From: Planctomycetia bacterium
GTDB taxonomy: Bacteria; Planctomycetota; MHYJ01; WSZJ01
Reading direction: 5' to 3'
DNA: 64,000 bases
Assembly (NCBI GenBank): GCA_020849035.1
Contig: JADLHC010000110.1
Location: forward strand, 5,269 to 69,268
The position numbers and the translations under genes were made by a program. The notes under the pieces are model-generated. The model was not told where the DNA came from, did no database searches, and saw only the letters and a program-made list of their open reading frames with translations. Below, in pieces: positions 35,745-46,200 of this stretch. Every line of letters starts with the position of its first letter. The first letter of the stretch is position 1.

Positions 35745-36638
35745 TCACATCCCGGCCACCGCCGCCGCCACCTGCTCGTCCGCAACCCGCGCATACACCA
35801 GCGTGCTGGCGATGCTCCGGTGGTCGAGCGCCCGCTGGACGAGCAGGATGTCCTTCGTCTTGCGATAGAGAGCTGTGGCGAAGGTGTGGCGAAGGCCGTG
35901 CGCAGTGACCCGGCGAGCGATCCCGGCCTCCCGAAGACGCCGCCCGATGATGGCCTGGACCTGCCGGCGACAGAGGCGACGGCGCTGCGTGGAGACGAGC
36001 AGGGCCGGAGAAGTCGAGCCCAGCAGCGCCCGCGCCGCGAGCCACGCCGTCAGCCGCTGTCGAACAGCCTCGGAGAGCCCCTTCCGTACTTCGCCGCCAC
36101 CCTTCAGCCGCCGGAGGAGGACAACGCGCTCTGCGAAGTGCACGTCAGCAGCGTCGAGCGCCACAAGGCTGGACAGGCGTATCCCGGTGCCGAGGAGCAG
36201 CGCCAGGATCGCGGCATCGCGTGTCCCACGCCACCCCGAGGTCCGGTCCAGCGCCTGCCGGAGCCTGTCGCGCTCCTCGTCGGTGAGAAGCTCAGGAACG
36301 CGATGGTCGCGGCGGAACTTGAGTACTCGCGCGGGGTTCGTCGAGAGCTCCCCGGCGTCGAGGAGGAACCGGAAGAACGCCCGCAGCGACATCTTGATCT
36401 TGTCCACGCTCGCCTGGCGCTTGCGGCGGCCATCGGCGGTCTCCGTCGCGCACCTCGCCGTTGCGAAGCGGCAGAGGGTGGAGGAGGAAAGGCGTCGAAC
36501 ATCGGTCGGGACGCGCTCCGTTGCCAGCCACGCCCGGAACTCCCCGAGATCTCGCAGGTAGCTGCTGATCGTATGCGGACTGCGCTGGTTCGCGCGGAGC
36601 TGGGTCTCGAAGTCGCGGATCGCTTGGCCGAGCAGCAT
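35745..36638 (-). CDS. Tyrosine recombinase (XerC/D-like integrase)
   Basis: Start MLLGQAIRDF is preceded by GAGGAGG. Motifs GTGIRLSSL, AHGLRHTFATAL, LDHRSIASTLVYARV. Confidence 0.85.
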   Translation of the reverse strand: MLLGQAIRDFETQLRANQRSPHTISSYLRDLGEFRAWLATERVPTDVRRLSSSTLCRFATARCATETADGRRKRQASVDKIKMSLRAFFRFLLDAGELSTNPARVLKFRRDHRVPELLTDEERDRLRQALDRTSGWRGTRDAAILALLLGTGIRLSSLVALDAADVHFAERVVLLRRLKGGGEVRKGLSEAVRQRLTAWLAARALLGSTSPALLVSTQRRRLCRRQVQAIIGRRLREAGIARRVTAHGLRHTFATALYRKTKDILLVQRALDHRSIASTLVYARVADEQVAAAVAGM

Positions 36639-36865
36639 GGTCGCCTCCTCTGATGGCAGGCGGATGTACGCTCGAAAACGGCCAACCGGCAAGGCATCCG
36701 GGTAGTTCTTGCTCGCAGCGCGGGAGGCTGAGAACCTTGGGGATGAACGGGGGTGGCGCAGGGACTCGCAAGGATAATGCTCCCTGCCTGGCCGCCGCGA
36801 GCGGCATGCATGGGAGCTGAGGATCGCGGTATGCATCGAGTCGAACGGTCTGGGGACCTCTGCGC

Positions 36866-39800
36866 ATGAGGCTCGTTCGCAACTCAGGCAATGACCGTGT
36901 CATCGACCTCCTCCGCCCCATCGTCTCCGAAGGGCGGAATCTCGACGTCGCCACTCCCTGCTTCTCGCTCTTCGCCTTTGAGGCATTCATGCGGGAGGCC
37001 GAGGATCTGGAGAAGTGCCGTCTCGTCCTGCCTCCCGCGGATTCCGATCTGGCGGCTCTTGGATCGACGGCCGATCGCACGGCAAGGAATCGGCTGCACA
37101 CCCGCTGGCTCGCGGGGCGGATGCAGGAGTGGGTTCGGGGGAAGGCCGAGGTGCGTCGCGCGCGGGGCGCGATTCCCCAGGGAACGGTCGTTGTCCGGGA
37201 CAAGGGCGCCCAGCCGATCCTCGCGCTCCTGGGGTCGCTCTCGCTGAGCACGGACGGATTGGGCCTGACCCCCGGGAACCCGATGAGCCTCATTCAGGCG
37301 TCAGAGTCGCCGGAAGAAGCTCGGCAGCTCAGCCAGTGGTTCGACCTCCAGTGGTCGGCGCTTGCGGCGGAGGCGAGCGGCAGGGACTCCCTCCTGGAGG
37401 AACTGCGTCGGTACTCAGACTTGCGGGAGCCGTCTCTCATCTATGCGCTGATCCTTTACCATCTGTTCCGAGATCGGGACGAGGCGCTGGACGAGGAAGA
37501 AGTCGTCAAGTCCTCCACGGGGATTCGGAACACGGTCCTCTGGAAGAAGCTGTATCGGTTCCAGCGAGATGGAGTCGTTGGGGCGTTGGAGAAGCTGCAG
37601 CGATTCGGCGGCTGCATCATCGCCGACAGCGTCGGACTCGGAAAGACGTTCGAGGCGCTGGCAATCGTCAAGTACCACGAACTGCGAAACGACCGGGTCT
37701 TGGTCCTCTGCCCCAAGCGCCTCCGGGACAACTGGACGTTGTACAAGGCAAACGACCGCAGAAACATTCTGGCGCCCGACCGGTTCAACTACGACGTGCT
37801 GAACCACACCGACCTCTCGCGCGACGACGGCATGTCCGGCGACATCGATTTGTCGCACGTGAACTGGGGGAACTACGACCTCGTCGTCATCGACGAGTCC
37901 CACAACTTCCGCAACAAGCAGACGCCGCGCCAGAGCGGGGAAACCCGGTACGACCGGCTGATGCGCAAGATCATCCGCGAAGGCGTCAAGACGCGCGTGC
38001 TGATGCTGTCGGCGACGCCGGTGAACAACCGCCTGGCGGACCTGCGCAACCAGATTGCTTTCGCGACGGAGGGCAACGACGTCGCGCTAGCGGACCATGG
38101 GATAGCGAGCATCGACAGCACGACACGGTTAGCGCAGAAGCAGTTCAATCGTTGGCTCGACTTGGGCGAGAGCGAACGCACCCCGGCACAGCTGATCGAG
38201 ATGCTCGGGTTCGACTATTTCCGGCTGCTGGACCTGCTGACGATCGCGCGCTCGCGTAAGCACGTCGAGAAGTACTACGGGACGGTGGAAACAGGGCGGT
38301 TCCCGGATCGCCTGAAGCCAATCAACATCAAGTCCGACGTCGATCGCGCCGGGCAGTTCCCCTCGATTCGAGACATCAACCAGGAGATCCGTCGCCTCAA
38401 ATTGGCGTCGTACGCTCCACTTCGGTATGTCCTCCCTCACAGGCAGGAGGCGTACGACAAGAAGTACAGCACGCAAGTACGGGGCGGCGAGGGCTTCTTC
38501 CGCCAGGCGGACCGCGAGGAGAGCCTGATCCACCTCCTGCGAGTAAACGTGCTGAAGCGTATGGAAAGCGCAGCCCCGTCGTTCGCCCTCACCGTCGGCC
38601 GCCAGCTTCAGGACGTCGAGCAGACTCTGGCGAGGATCGAGAGTCAGGCTACCGACCTCGAAGAGGTCGACATCGAGGATGTGGATCTCGACGATCCGGC
38701 GTTCGAGAGCTTGCTCGTCGGTCGGAAAGTAAAAGTTCTGCTCAAGGACGTCGACCTGGTGCGCTGGAAACAGGACCTCCTCGAAGATCGCAATCGCCTC
38801 AAGAATCTTCACGCGTCCGCTGTCGAAATCAACGCGGCGCGGGATGCAAAGCTCGCGGCGCTCCGCGAGATGATCGAGAGCAAGGTCAGAAACCCGATCA
38901 ACCCGGGTAACCGCAAGATTCTCGTGTTCACGCACTTCGCGGACACCGCGAGGTATTTGTTCGATGAGCTTTCACCGTGGGCAAGACAGCACCTCGGCGT
39001 CGAGTCCGCGCTCGTCACAGGCGCAGGCAGCAACCTGAGCACCATCGCGGACCTGCGAAAGGACCTGGCCTCGATTCTGTCCGCCTTCGCCCCGCGATCC
39101 AAGGAGCGGCCGGCGGAGCTCGTCAGCGAAGGCGAGATCGACCTCCTCAATGCCACCGATTGCATTTCCGAGGGGCAGAATCTCCAGGACTGCGATTGGC
39201 TCATCAACTATGACATTCACTGGAACCCGGTGAGGATCATCCAGCGCTTCGGGCGAATCGACCGCCTCGGTTCGCCCAACTCGCGCATTCAGCTTGTGAA
39301 CTTCTGGCCGAACATCGAGCTGGAGGAGTACATCAAGCTGGAGCAGCGCGTCAGCGGCCGCATGGTGCTCCTCGATGTCTCGGCGACCGGCGAAGAGAAC
39401 CTGATCGAGCAGCAGTCCGGCAACCAGATGAACGACCTCGAGTACCGCCGAAAGCAGCTCCTGAAGTTGCAGGATGCCGTGATCGATCTCGAAGACCTAT
39501 CCAGTGGTGTGTCCATCGCGGACCTGACGCTGACGGACTTGCGGATTGATCTGGCCACCTATCTCAAGGCCCATCCGGGCGTTCTCGAGGACACGCCACT
39601 GGGCATCACCGCCGTGACTACGGCTGCTGAGGCGGACCTGCAACCCGGAGTTGTGTTCTGCCTGCGCGCCGAAACGGACAGGGCGAAGCTCGCCACGGAT
39701 GCAAGCTATCCGCTCGCCCCGCACTATCTGGTACACGTCGGAGCGGACGGCGCTGTCCGGCTGCCGTTCACACAGGCGAAGCAGATTCTGGACGGACTCA

Positions 39801-40558
39801 AGCGGATCTGCTTCGGCCGCGACCTGCCCGATCGAACCGCGTACGCTCGATTCGACGCGCGCACCCGAGGCGGCGAGGACATGAAGGGGGTTCAGAGTCA
39901 ACTTGCCGCAGCTGCCGCGTGCGTGTTGGGCAAAGGCGAGGAGCGGGCGGCATCCAGCCTGTTCAAGCCCGGGGGGACACTGAGTTTCCCGGGCGACTTC
40001 GCCGGCTCGGGCGACTTCGAGGTCGTCTCGTACCTCGTTGTTCTCCCCGAGGAAAGCCACAGTTACCCCCAAGTCGAACGCACAGAGTGCGCCATCGTCA
40101 CGCTGAGATATGAAAAGCCAGGCGATTCGGCCTTCACGTCCGAAGAGAGGCGCCTGTGCGTCCGTGAGGGTCATGCCTCGCTGAAAACTCAGCTAGCGGC
40201 GGCCATAAGGTCCGAGGACCTGGCGACAGAAGTCGTTCACCTCGGCGATGGCGAGGGATCGTTCTGGGCCGAATTTGCCGTCGTTGCCCTCGGGGCCTTG
40301 ACCCTTTCCGGAGGATTCGCCAATGCTCTCCACATCGTGGGTACGGCGCTGGAGAGCTTTGCCCCTCGCTTGACCACGACCGGGAAGTGGCTGCAGGGCT
40401 GCGCCTGGAGATTGACCCCGAAGCCCGGCGGCGAAGCGCCGAAGCCGGGGTGTTTCGGCGTCCGAAAGTGGTTGGACCGCCGGACGACTCGCTGCAAGCT
40501 CTGCGGGTTTCTCGCCGAGTGCGTGCAGATTGTCGAACCGGGCGGAGGGAAAAAGTGA
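36866..40558 (+). CDS. SNF2-family helicase with N-terminal accessory domain and unusual C-terminal extension
   Basis: Motif I ADSVGLGKTFEA, motif II VVIDESHNFRN, motif VI HWNPVRIIQRFGRIDRLGS. About 165 extra C-terminal residues follow the DFEVVSYLVVL region. Confidence 0.85.
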   Translation: MRLVRNSGNDRVIDLLRPIVSEGRNLDVATPCFSLFAFEAFMREAEDLEKCRLVLPPADSDLAALGSTADRTARNRLHTRWLAGRMQEWVRGKAEVRRARGAIPQGTVVVRDKGAQPILALLGSLSLSTDGLGLTPGNPMSLIQASESPEEARQLSQWFDLQWSALAAEASGRDSLLEELRRYSDLREPSLIYALILYHLFRDRDEALDEEEVVKSSTGIRNTVLWKKLYRFQRDGVVGALEKLQRFGGCIIADSVGLGKTFEALAIVKYHELRNDRVLVLCPKRLRDNWTLYKANDRRNILAPDRFNYDVLNHTDLSRDDGMSGDIDLSHVNWGNYDLVVIDESHNFRNKQTPRQSGETRYDRLMRKIIREGVKTRVLMLSATPVNNRLADLRNQIAFATEGNDVALADHGIASIDSTTRLAQKQFNRWLDLGESERTPAQLIEMLGFDYFRLLDLLTIARSRKHVEKYYGTVETGRFPDRLKPINIKSDVDRAGQFPSIRDINQEIRRLKLASYAPLRYVLPHRQEAYDKKYSTQVRGGEGFFRQADREESLIHLLRVNVLKRMESAAPSFALTVGRQLQDVEQTLARIESQATDLEEVDIEDVDLDDPAFESLLVGRKVKVLLKDVDLVRWKQDLLEDRNRLKNLHASAVEINAARDAKLAALREMIESKVRNPINPGNRKILVFTHFADTARYLFDELSPWARQHLGVESALVTGAGSNLSTIADLRKDLASILSAFAPRSKERPAELVSEGEIDLLNATDCISEGQNLQDCDWLINYDIHWNPVRIIQRFGRIDRLGSPNSRIQLVNFWPNIELEEYIKLEQRVSGRMVLLDVSATGEENLIEQQSGNQMNDLEYRRKQLLKLQDAVIDLEDLSSGVSIADLTLTDLRIDLATYLKAHPGVLEDTPLGITAVTTAAEADLQPGVVFCLRAETDRAKLATDASYPLAPHYLVHVGADGAVRLPFTQAKQILDGLKRICFGRDLPDRTAYARFDARTRGGEDMKGVQSQLAAAAACVLGKGEERAASSLFKPGGTLSFPGDFAGSGDFEVVSYLVVLPEESHSYPQVERTECAIVTLRYEKPGDSAFTSEERRLCVREGHASLKTQLAAAIRSEDLATEVVHLGDGEGSFWAEFAVVALGALTLSGGFANALHIVGTALESFAPRLTTTGKWLQGCAWRLTPKPGGEAPKPGCFGVRKWLDRRTTRCKLCGFLAECVQIVEPGGGKK

Positions 40559-40563
40559 TCGCC

Positions 40564-41334
40564 ATGCAAGAAGCCCTCACGGCAAGCGTCCTTCTGCGGG
40601 TTCTTGACCTCCCCTCCGCTTGTCTCGTCAACCAGCGCATCCCCAAGAAGCTCCTCCTCGAGAACGGCGCGCCAACGGCCGCCGACAAACGCCAGATCAA
40701 CGACGGGATCGAAGAGTTGCTCTGGATCGCGGCGCTCAAACCGACGACCGTCGGCGTCGCCGGGTATCGGGACAGCGTCCGCGAATACTTGGAAATCGCC
40801 GTCCTTCGGTTGACGCTTCGGGCTGGGGCGAAGTCGGCGCGACTGATCGAGCTCGTGCACCGTGCCGTGCCCTATCCCGCGCTCATTATTTCGGAGCCGG
40901 GTCCGCAGGCCGGGCTTTCGGCCGCTCACAAGCGCTGGGCACAGAATGAAGCGGACAAGACCGTGCTCGACGGCGACGTGGTCTTCGCGGAGCTGGACTC
41001 GGAGCGCGACGCGAACGTTTGGCCCACCTTTGCCGCCGCGATGGCCCTGGGCCGCCAGCCGCGCGGCGAGCTCTACGCCCTCTATCAAGGCTGGCTGGAT
41101 ACCCTGCTCGCCCTAAAGGCTGCCCGACTGACAGGCGTTCTCGGCCTTGCCGAGACCGCTGACCAGGCCGCCGTACGGCAGGAGGCGCTCCGCGAGTGCG
41201 CGAAACTGGCGGCCGAAATCGTGCGCCTGCGTGCGGCCGCCGCCAAGGAGAGGCAGATGGCCCGGCAGGTGGGTCTGAACCTGGAACTCAAGCGCGCCGA
41301 GGCGGCCCTCGAATCCGCCCGCGCCCGGTTGTGA
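40564..41334 (+). CDS. DUF4391-like protein
   Basis: Pattern QRIPKKLL...IEELLWIAALKPTTVGV...EIAVLRLTL...VHRAVPYPALII...AAHKRW fits my recollection of DUF4391, which sits between the helicase and methylase in such clusters. Alternative GTG start at 40555 overlaps the helicase stop. Confidence 0.6.
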   Translation: MQEALTASVLLRVLDLPSACLVNQRIPKKLLLENGAPTAADKRQINDGIEELLWIAALKPTTVGVAGYRDSVREYLEIAVLRLTLRAGAKSARLIELVHRAVPYPALIISEPGPQAGLSAAHKRWAQNEADKTVLDGDVVFAELDSERDANVWPTFAAAMALGRQPRGELYALYQGWLDTLLALKAARLTGVLGLAETADQAAVRQEALRECAKLAAEIVRLRAAAAKERQMARQVGLNLELKRAEAALESARARL

Positions 41335-41344
41335 AGGAGGAGCG

Positions 41345-43255
41345 ATGAAGAAGCTGACGCCCGCCGACGCCGAGACTAGGTCCACGGACACCGTGGCCGA
41401 GAACATCGCCAAGCTCAAGGCCCTGTTCCCCGAGATCGTCACCGAAGGACCGACGGGAGCGGCGGTGAATGTGGACACGCTCAAGGGCCTCGTGGGGGAC
41501 GGTACGGTCACGGACGCTGAGGAGAAGTACGGCCTCAACTGGCACGGCAAGCGACGCGCGCGGCAGTTGGCGCTCATGCCATCGACCGGCACCCTGCGTC
41601 CCTGCCCGAAGGAAAGCGTGGATTGGGACAAGACGCAGAACCTGATGATCGAGGGGGACAACCTCGAAGTCCTGAAACTTCTTCAGAAGAGCTACGCGGG
41701 CAAGGTGAAGCTCATCTACATCGACCCGCCCTACAACACCGGAGATGACTTTGTCTATTCAGACGATTTCCAGGACAACATTCGGAATTACCTTGAACTG
41801 ACCGGCCAAGTTGCGGGCGGGCAGAAGGTGATCAGCAACACTGAGGCCAGCGGGCGATTTCATACTGACTGGCTGAACATGATGTATCCACGCCTAAAGC
41901 TGGCTCGCAACCTACTGAGGCCTGATGGGCTTATATTCGTAAGCATCGACGACGGAGAAGTTGGGCATCTAAAGCTCGCGATGAGTGACGTGTTCGGCGA
42001 TGACAACTTCGAGGGACACATCCACTGGCGCAGGCGTCACAATCAACCCAACGATCCCACGAAGATGCTGGCGTTGGTTACGGAGCACGTCTTGGTGTAT
42101 GCGAGAGACAAGAGCGCATACAAAGCGGCAGGGGTTGGGAAGCTCGCGCTGACTGGTGAATTCTCGAACCCCGACGGAGATTCGCGGGGTGATTGGGCCT
42201 CCAAACCCTGGAAGGTGGGGGCCGACCAGTCTGGAAGTCGTTACAAGATAACCACGCCAACGGGGAAGGTGTACGACGAAGATTGGATGGGAGAAGAGGC
42301 CACGTTCAAGGCCCTTCTGGCCGACAAGAGAATGATCTTTCCAGACAAAGGAAATGGCGCTCCACGCAAGAAATACTTCAGAAGCGAGCGGGAGCAAGAA
42401 GGACAGTGTGCGACGAACTGGTGGCCGCACGAGATGTTCGGACATAACCAAGGTGCCAATAGCGCCATGGAGGCGCTGCTAGGCGAGAAGAACGTGTTCA
42501 GCAATCCCAAGCCGATTGAGTTGATCGACGGCATTCTTAGCGTTGGCAACGTCAAAAGCAACGATCTCGTCTTGGACTTCTTCGCCGGTTCCGGAACCAC
42601 CGGCCACGCCGTCATGGCTGGAAACGCCGCCGACGGCGGCAAGCGCCGCTACATCCTCGTCCAGCTTCCCGAGCCTCTCGATCCAGAGAGCAAGGACCAG
42701 AAAGTCGCCGCCGACTACTGCGACAAGCTGAAGAAGCCCCGCAACATCGCCGAGCTGACCAAGGAACGCCTGCGCCGCGCGGCCAAGAAGATCAAGGAAG
42801 AGAACCAAGAGTTCACGGGCGACCTCGGGTTCCGCGTCTTTAAGCTCGACTCCACGAACATCCAGGAGTGGGAGCCCAAGCGCGAGGAGCTAGAAGCGTC
42901 GCTCCTGACAGCGGTCGAGCACCTCAAGACCGGCCGATCGGAAGCTGACATCGTGTACGAATTGCTGCTCAAGCTCGGCCTTGATCTTTGTGTCCCCATC
43001 GAGAAGCGCGCCATCGCGGGCAAGGATGTGCACGCGATCGGCCGCGGCGTCTTGATCGTCTGCCTCGCGGAGAAGATCACCCGCGACGATTTCGAGCCGC
43101 TGGGCCAGGGGATCGTCAAGTGGCACAAGACGCTCGCCCCGGCGGGCGACACAACCTGCGTCTTCCGCGACAGCGCCTTTGCCGACGACGTGGCCAAGAC
43201 GAACCTCGCGGCGATCCTCAGCCAAAACGGAATTGCCAACGTGCGGAGCCTGTAG
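41345..43255 (+). CDS. Site-specific DNA methyltransferase (N6A/N4C, type III Mod-like, beta-class motif order)
   Basis: Motif IV IYIDPPYNTG precedes motif I VLDFFAGSGTTGHAV. Confidence 0.9.
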   Translation: MKKLTPADAETRSTDTVAENIAKLKALFPEIVTEGPTGAAVNVDTLKGLVGDGTVTDAEEKYGLNWHGKRRARQLALMPSTGTLRPCPKESVDWDKTQNLMIEGDNLEVLKLLQKSYAGKVKLIYIDPPYNTGDDFVYSDDFQDNIRNYLELTGQVAGGQKVISNTEASGRFHTDWLNMMYPRLKLARNLLRPDGLIFVSIDDGEVGHLKLAMSDVFGDDNFEGHIHWRRRHNQPNDPTKMLALVTEHVLVYARDKSAYKAAGVGKLALTGEFSNPDGDSRGDWASKPWKVGADQSGSRYKITTPTGKVYDEDWMGEEATFKALLADKRMIFPDKGNGAPRKKYFRSEREQEGQCATNWWPHEMFGHNQGANSAMEALLGEKNVFSNPKPIELIDGILSVGNVKSNDLVLDFFAGSGTTGHAVMAGNAADGGKRRYILVQLPEPLDPESKDQKVAADYCDKLKKPRNIAELTKERLRRAAKKIKEENQEFTGDLGFRVFKLDSTNIQEWEPKREELEASLLTAVEHLKTGRSEADIVYELLLKLGLDLCVPIEKRAIAGKDVHAIGRGVLIVCLAEKITRDDFEPLGQGIVKWHKTLAPAGDTTCVFRDSAFADDVAKTNLAAILSQNGIANVRSL

Positions 43256-43258
43256 CCG

Positions 43259-46200
43259 ATGAAACTGCACTTCGAGCCCAACCTCGACTACCAGCTTCAG
43301 GCCATCGAGGCCGTCTGCGACCTCTTCCGGGGGCAGGAGACATGCCGGACGGAGTTCACCGTGTCGAGGCGACCCGTGGAGCCGAAGACCGTCCAGGGTG
43401 AACTCGGACTCGCGGAACCCAAGCACCTCCAGCTAGAACTGGGCTTGAGCGAATCGGCGCTGGGCATCGGCAACCGCCTCACGCTTCTCGACGATGAGCT
43501 GCTCAAGAACCTGAAGGACATCCAGCTCCGAAACGGCCTGACCCCCTCGGCTTCCCTCGCAGCCGGCGACTTCACCGTGGAGATGGAGACCGGCACAGGC
43601 AAGACCTACGTCTACCTGCGCACTATCTTCGAGCTGAACAAACAGTACGGCTTCACCAAGTTCGTCATCGTAGTGCCCTCCGTGGCTATCAAGGAGGGGG
43701 TCTACAAGTCGCTCCAGATCACCGAGGAGCACTTCAAGGGGCTCTACGCAGGTGTGCCCTTCGACTACTTCCTCTACGACTCGGGCAAGCTCGGCCAGGT
43801 GCGCAACTTTGCCACGAGCCCTCAGATCCAGATCATGGTGGTGACGGTCGGGGCCATCAACAAGAAGGACGTGAACAACCTCTACAAGGACAGCGAGAAG
43901 ACCGGTGGCGAGAAGCCCATCGACCTCATCAAGGCGACACGGCCCATCGTCATCGTGGACGAGCCCCAGAGCGTCGACGGAGGGCTGGAGGGACGCGGCA
44001 AAGAAGCGCTCGACGCCATGAACCCACTCTGCACCTTGCGTTACTCGGCGACACACGTGCACAAGCACCACATGATCTACCGCCTCGATGCTGTGGACGC
44101 CTACGACAAGCGGCTGGTCAAGCAGATCGAGGTTGCCTCGGCGACCATCGAGAACGCGCACAACAAGCCCTACGTGAAGCTAATCACAACTCAGAATAAG
44201 CGCGGGATCATCTCCGCGAAGGTTGAGTTGGACGCGCAGACCGTCAGCGGAGTGTCCCGGCAGGAGATCACGGTCCACGACGGGGACAACCTGGAGCAGA
44301 CGACGGGGCGAGCGGTCTACAAAGACTGCCGAGTCGGCGAAATCCGTGTGGCCAAGGGCAGCGGGTCCATGGAGATCCGCTTCCCGGGCGGCGAACGCTT
44401 CCTGAAGCCGGGAGAAGCCTGGGGAGATGTCGATGCCGCCGCGGTGCAGCGGGAGATGATCCGCAGGACCATCCGCGAGCACCTCGACAAGGAGAAACGC
44501 CTGCGCCCGCAGGGGATCAAGGTGCTATCGCTCTTCTTCATCGATGAAGTCGCGAAGTACCGGCAGTACGACGCGGACGGACGGGCGGTCCAAGGCGACT
44601 ACGCGCGCATCTTCGAGGAGGAGTACCGGCGGCTCGCGAACCATCCCGACTACCGCACCCTGTTCAAGGAGGCAGACCTGACGCGTCCCGCCTCCGACGT
44701 CCACGACGGCTACTTCTCGATCGACAGGAAGGGCGGGTGGACGGACACGGCGGAGGGGAACCAGTCCGGTCGGGACAACGCGGAACGCGCCTATAATCTC
44801 ATCATGAAGGACAAGGAGAGGCTGCTCTCCTTCGAGACCCCGCTGAAGTTCATCTTCTCCCACTCGGCCCTGCGCGAAGGCTGGGACAACCCGAACGTCT
44901 TCCAGATCTGCACGCTGCGTGACATCCGGACCGAGCGCGAGCGCCGGCAGACGATCGGACGCGGGTTGCGGCTCGGCGTGGACCAGGACGGGCAGCGTCG
45001 GCGGGGATTCGATGTGAATACGCTGACCGTAGTCGCCACGGAGAGCTACGAGGACTTCGCCAGAAAACTGCAGAAGGAGATCGAGGAGGAAACCGGCATC
45101 CGGTTCGGGGTCGTCGAGGCACACCAGTTCGCGGTCATCCTCACGGTCGATCCTGAGGGAAAGCCGACTCCGCTGGGATTCGAGAAGTCGAAGGAGGTCT
45201 GGCAGCACCTAAAGAACAAGGGCTACATCGACACCCATGGAAAGGTGCAGGACTCGCTCAGGAAAGCACTGAAGGATGGCTCTCTCGATCTGCCTGAGGA
45301 GTTCGCGGATCTCCACCCGGAAGTCGCCCACATCCTCGGGAAACTCGCCGGTCGGCTGGAGATCAAGACCGCCGACGATCGCCGGCAGGTCCGTCCCCGG
45401 CAGGCCGTGCTCCACGGCCCGGAATTCAAGGCCTTGTGGGATCGCATCAAGCACAAGACGACCTATCGCGTGAATTTCGACAACGAGAAGCTCGTCGAGA
45501 GCTGCACGAAAGCGCTGCGTGAAGCACCGGCCATCCCCAAGACACGCCTCCAGTGGAGAAAGGCCGACATCGCCATCGGGAAGGCGGGCATCGAGGCCAC
45601 GGAGCGGGACGGCGCCGCCACGGTCGTTCTGGAGGAAGGCGACATCGAGCTGCCGGACGTTCTCACGGAAATGCAGGATCGAACCCAGCTGACTCGCCGG
45701 ACCATTTTCAGGATCTTGACCGGCAGCAACCGGCTAGCCGACTTCACGCTGAACCCGCAGAAGTTCATCGACACGGCGGCCGAAGCGATCAACCGATGCA
45801 AGCGACTCGCCATCGTGGACGGGATCAAGTACCAGCGCCTGGGCGACGAGGAGTATTACGCCCAGGAGCTGTTCGAGAGAGAGGAACTGAGGGGATATCT
45901 GAGGAACCTCCTCGAATCCAAAAAGTCGATCTACGAGCAGGTCGTCTACGACTCGGACACCGAGGCCGCCTTCGCCGACCAGCTGGAAAAGAACTCAGCG
46001 ATCAGGGTCTACGCGAAACTCCCAGGATGGTTCTCCGTGCCGACGCCCCTCGGAGGCTACAACCCGGACTGGGCCGTGCTCGTCGAGCAGGACGGCCAGG
46101 AACGGCTGTACTTCGTGGTTGAGACCAAAGGCGCGGCTCTCTTCGCGGACAGCCTGCGCCCCACGGAGAAGGCAAAGGTGGACTGCGGTCGGGAGCACTT

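Noticed and set aside
40387-41334. 315-aa ORF-track version of the DUF4391-like gene
   Set aside because: The first ~59 residues overlap the SNF2 gene in another frame and are Arg-rich. The family-like sequence starts at MQEALTAS (40564), or at the GTG at 40555 that overlaps the helicase stop.
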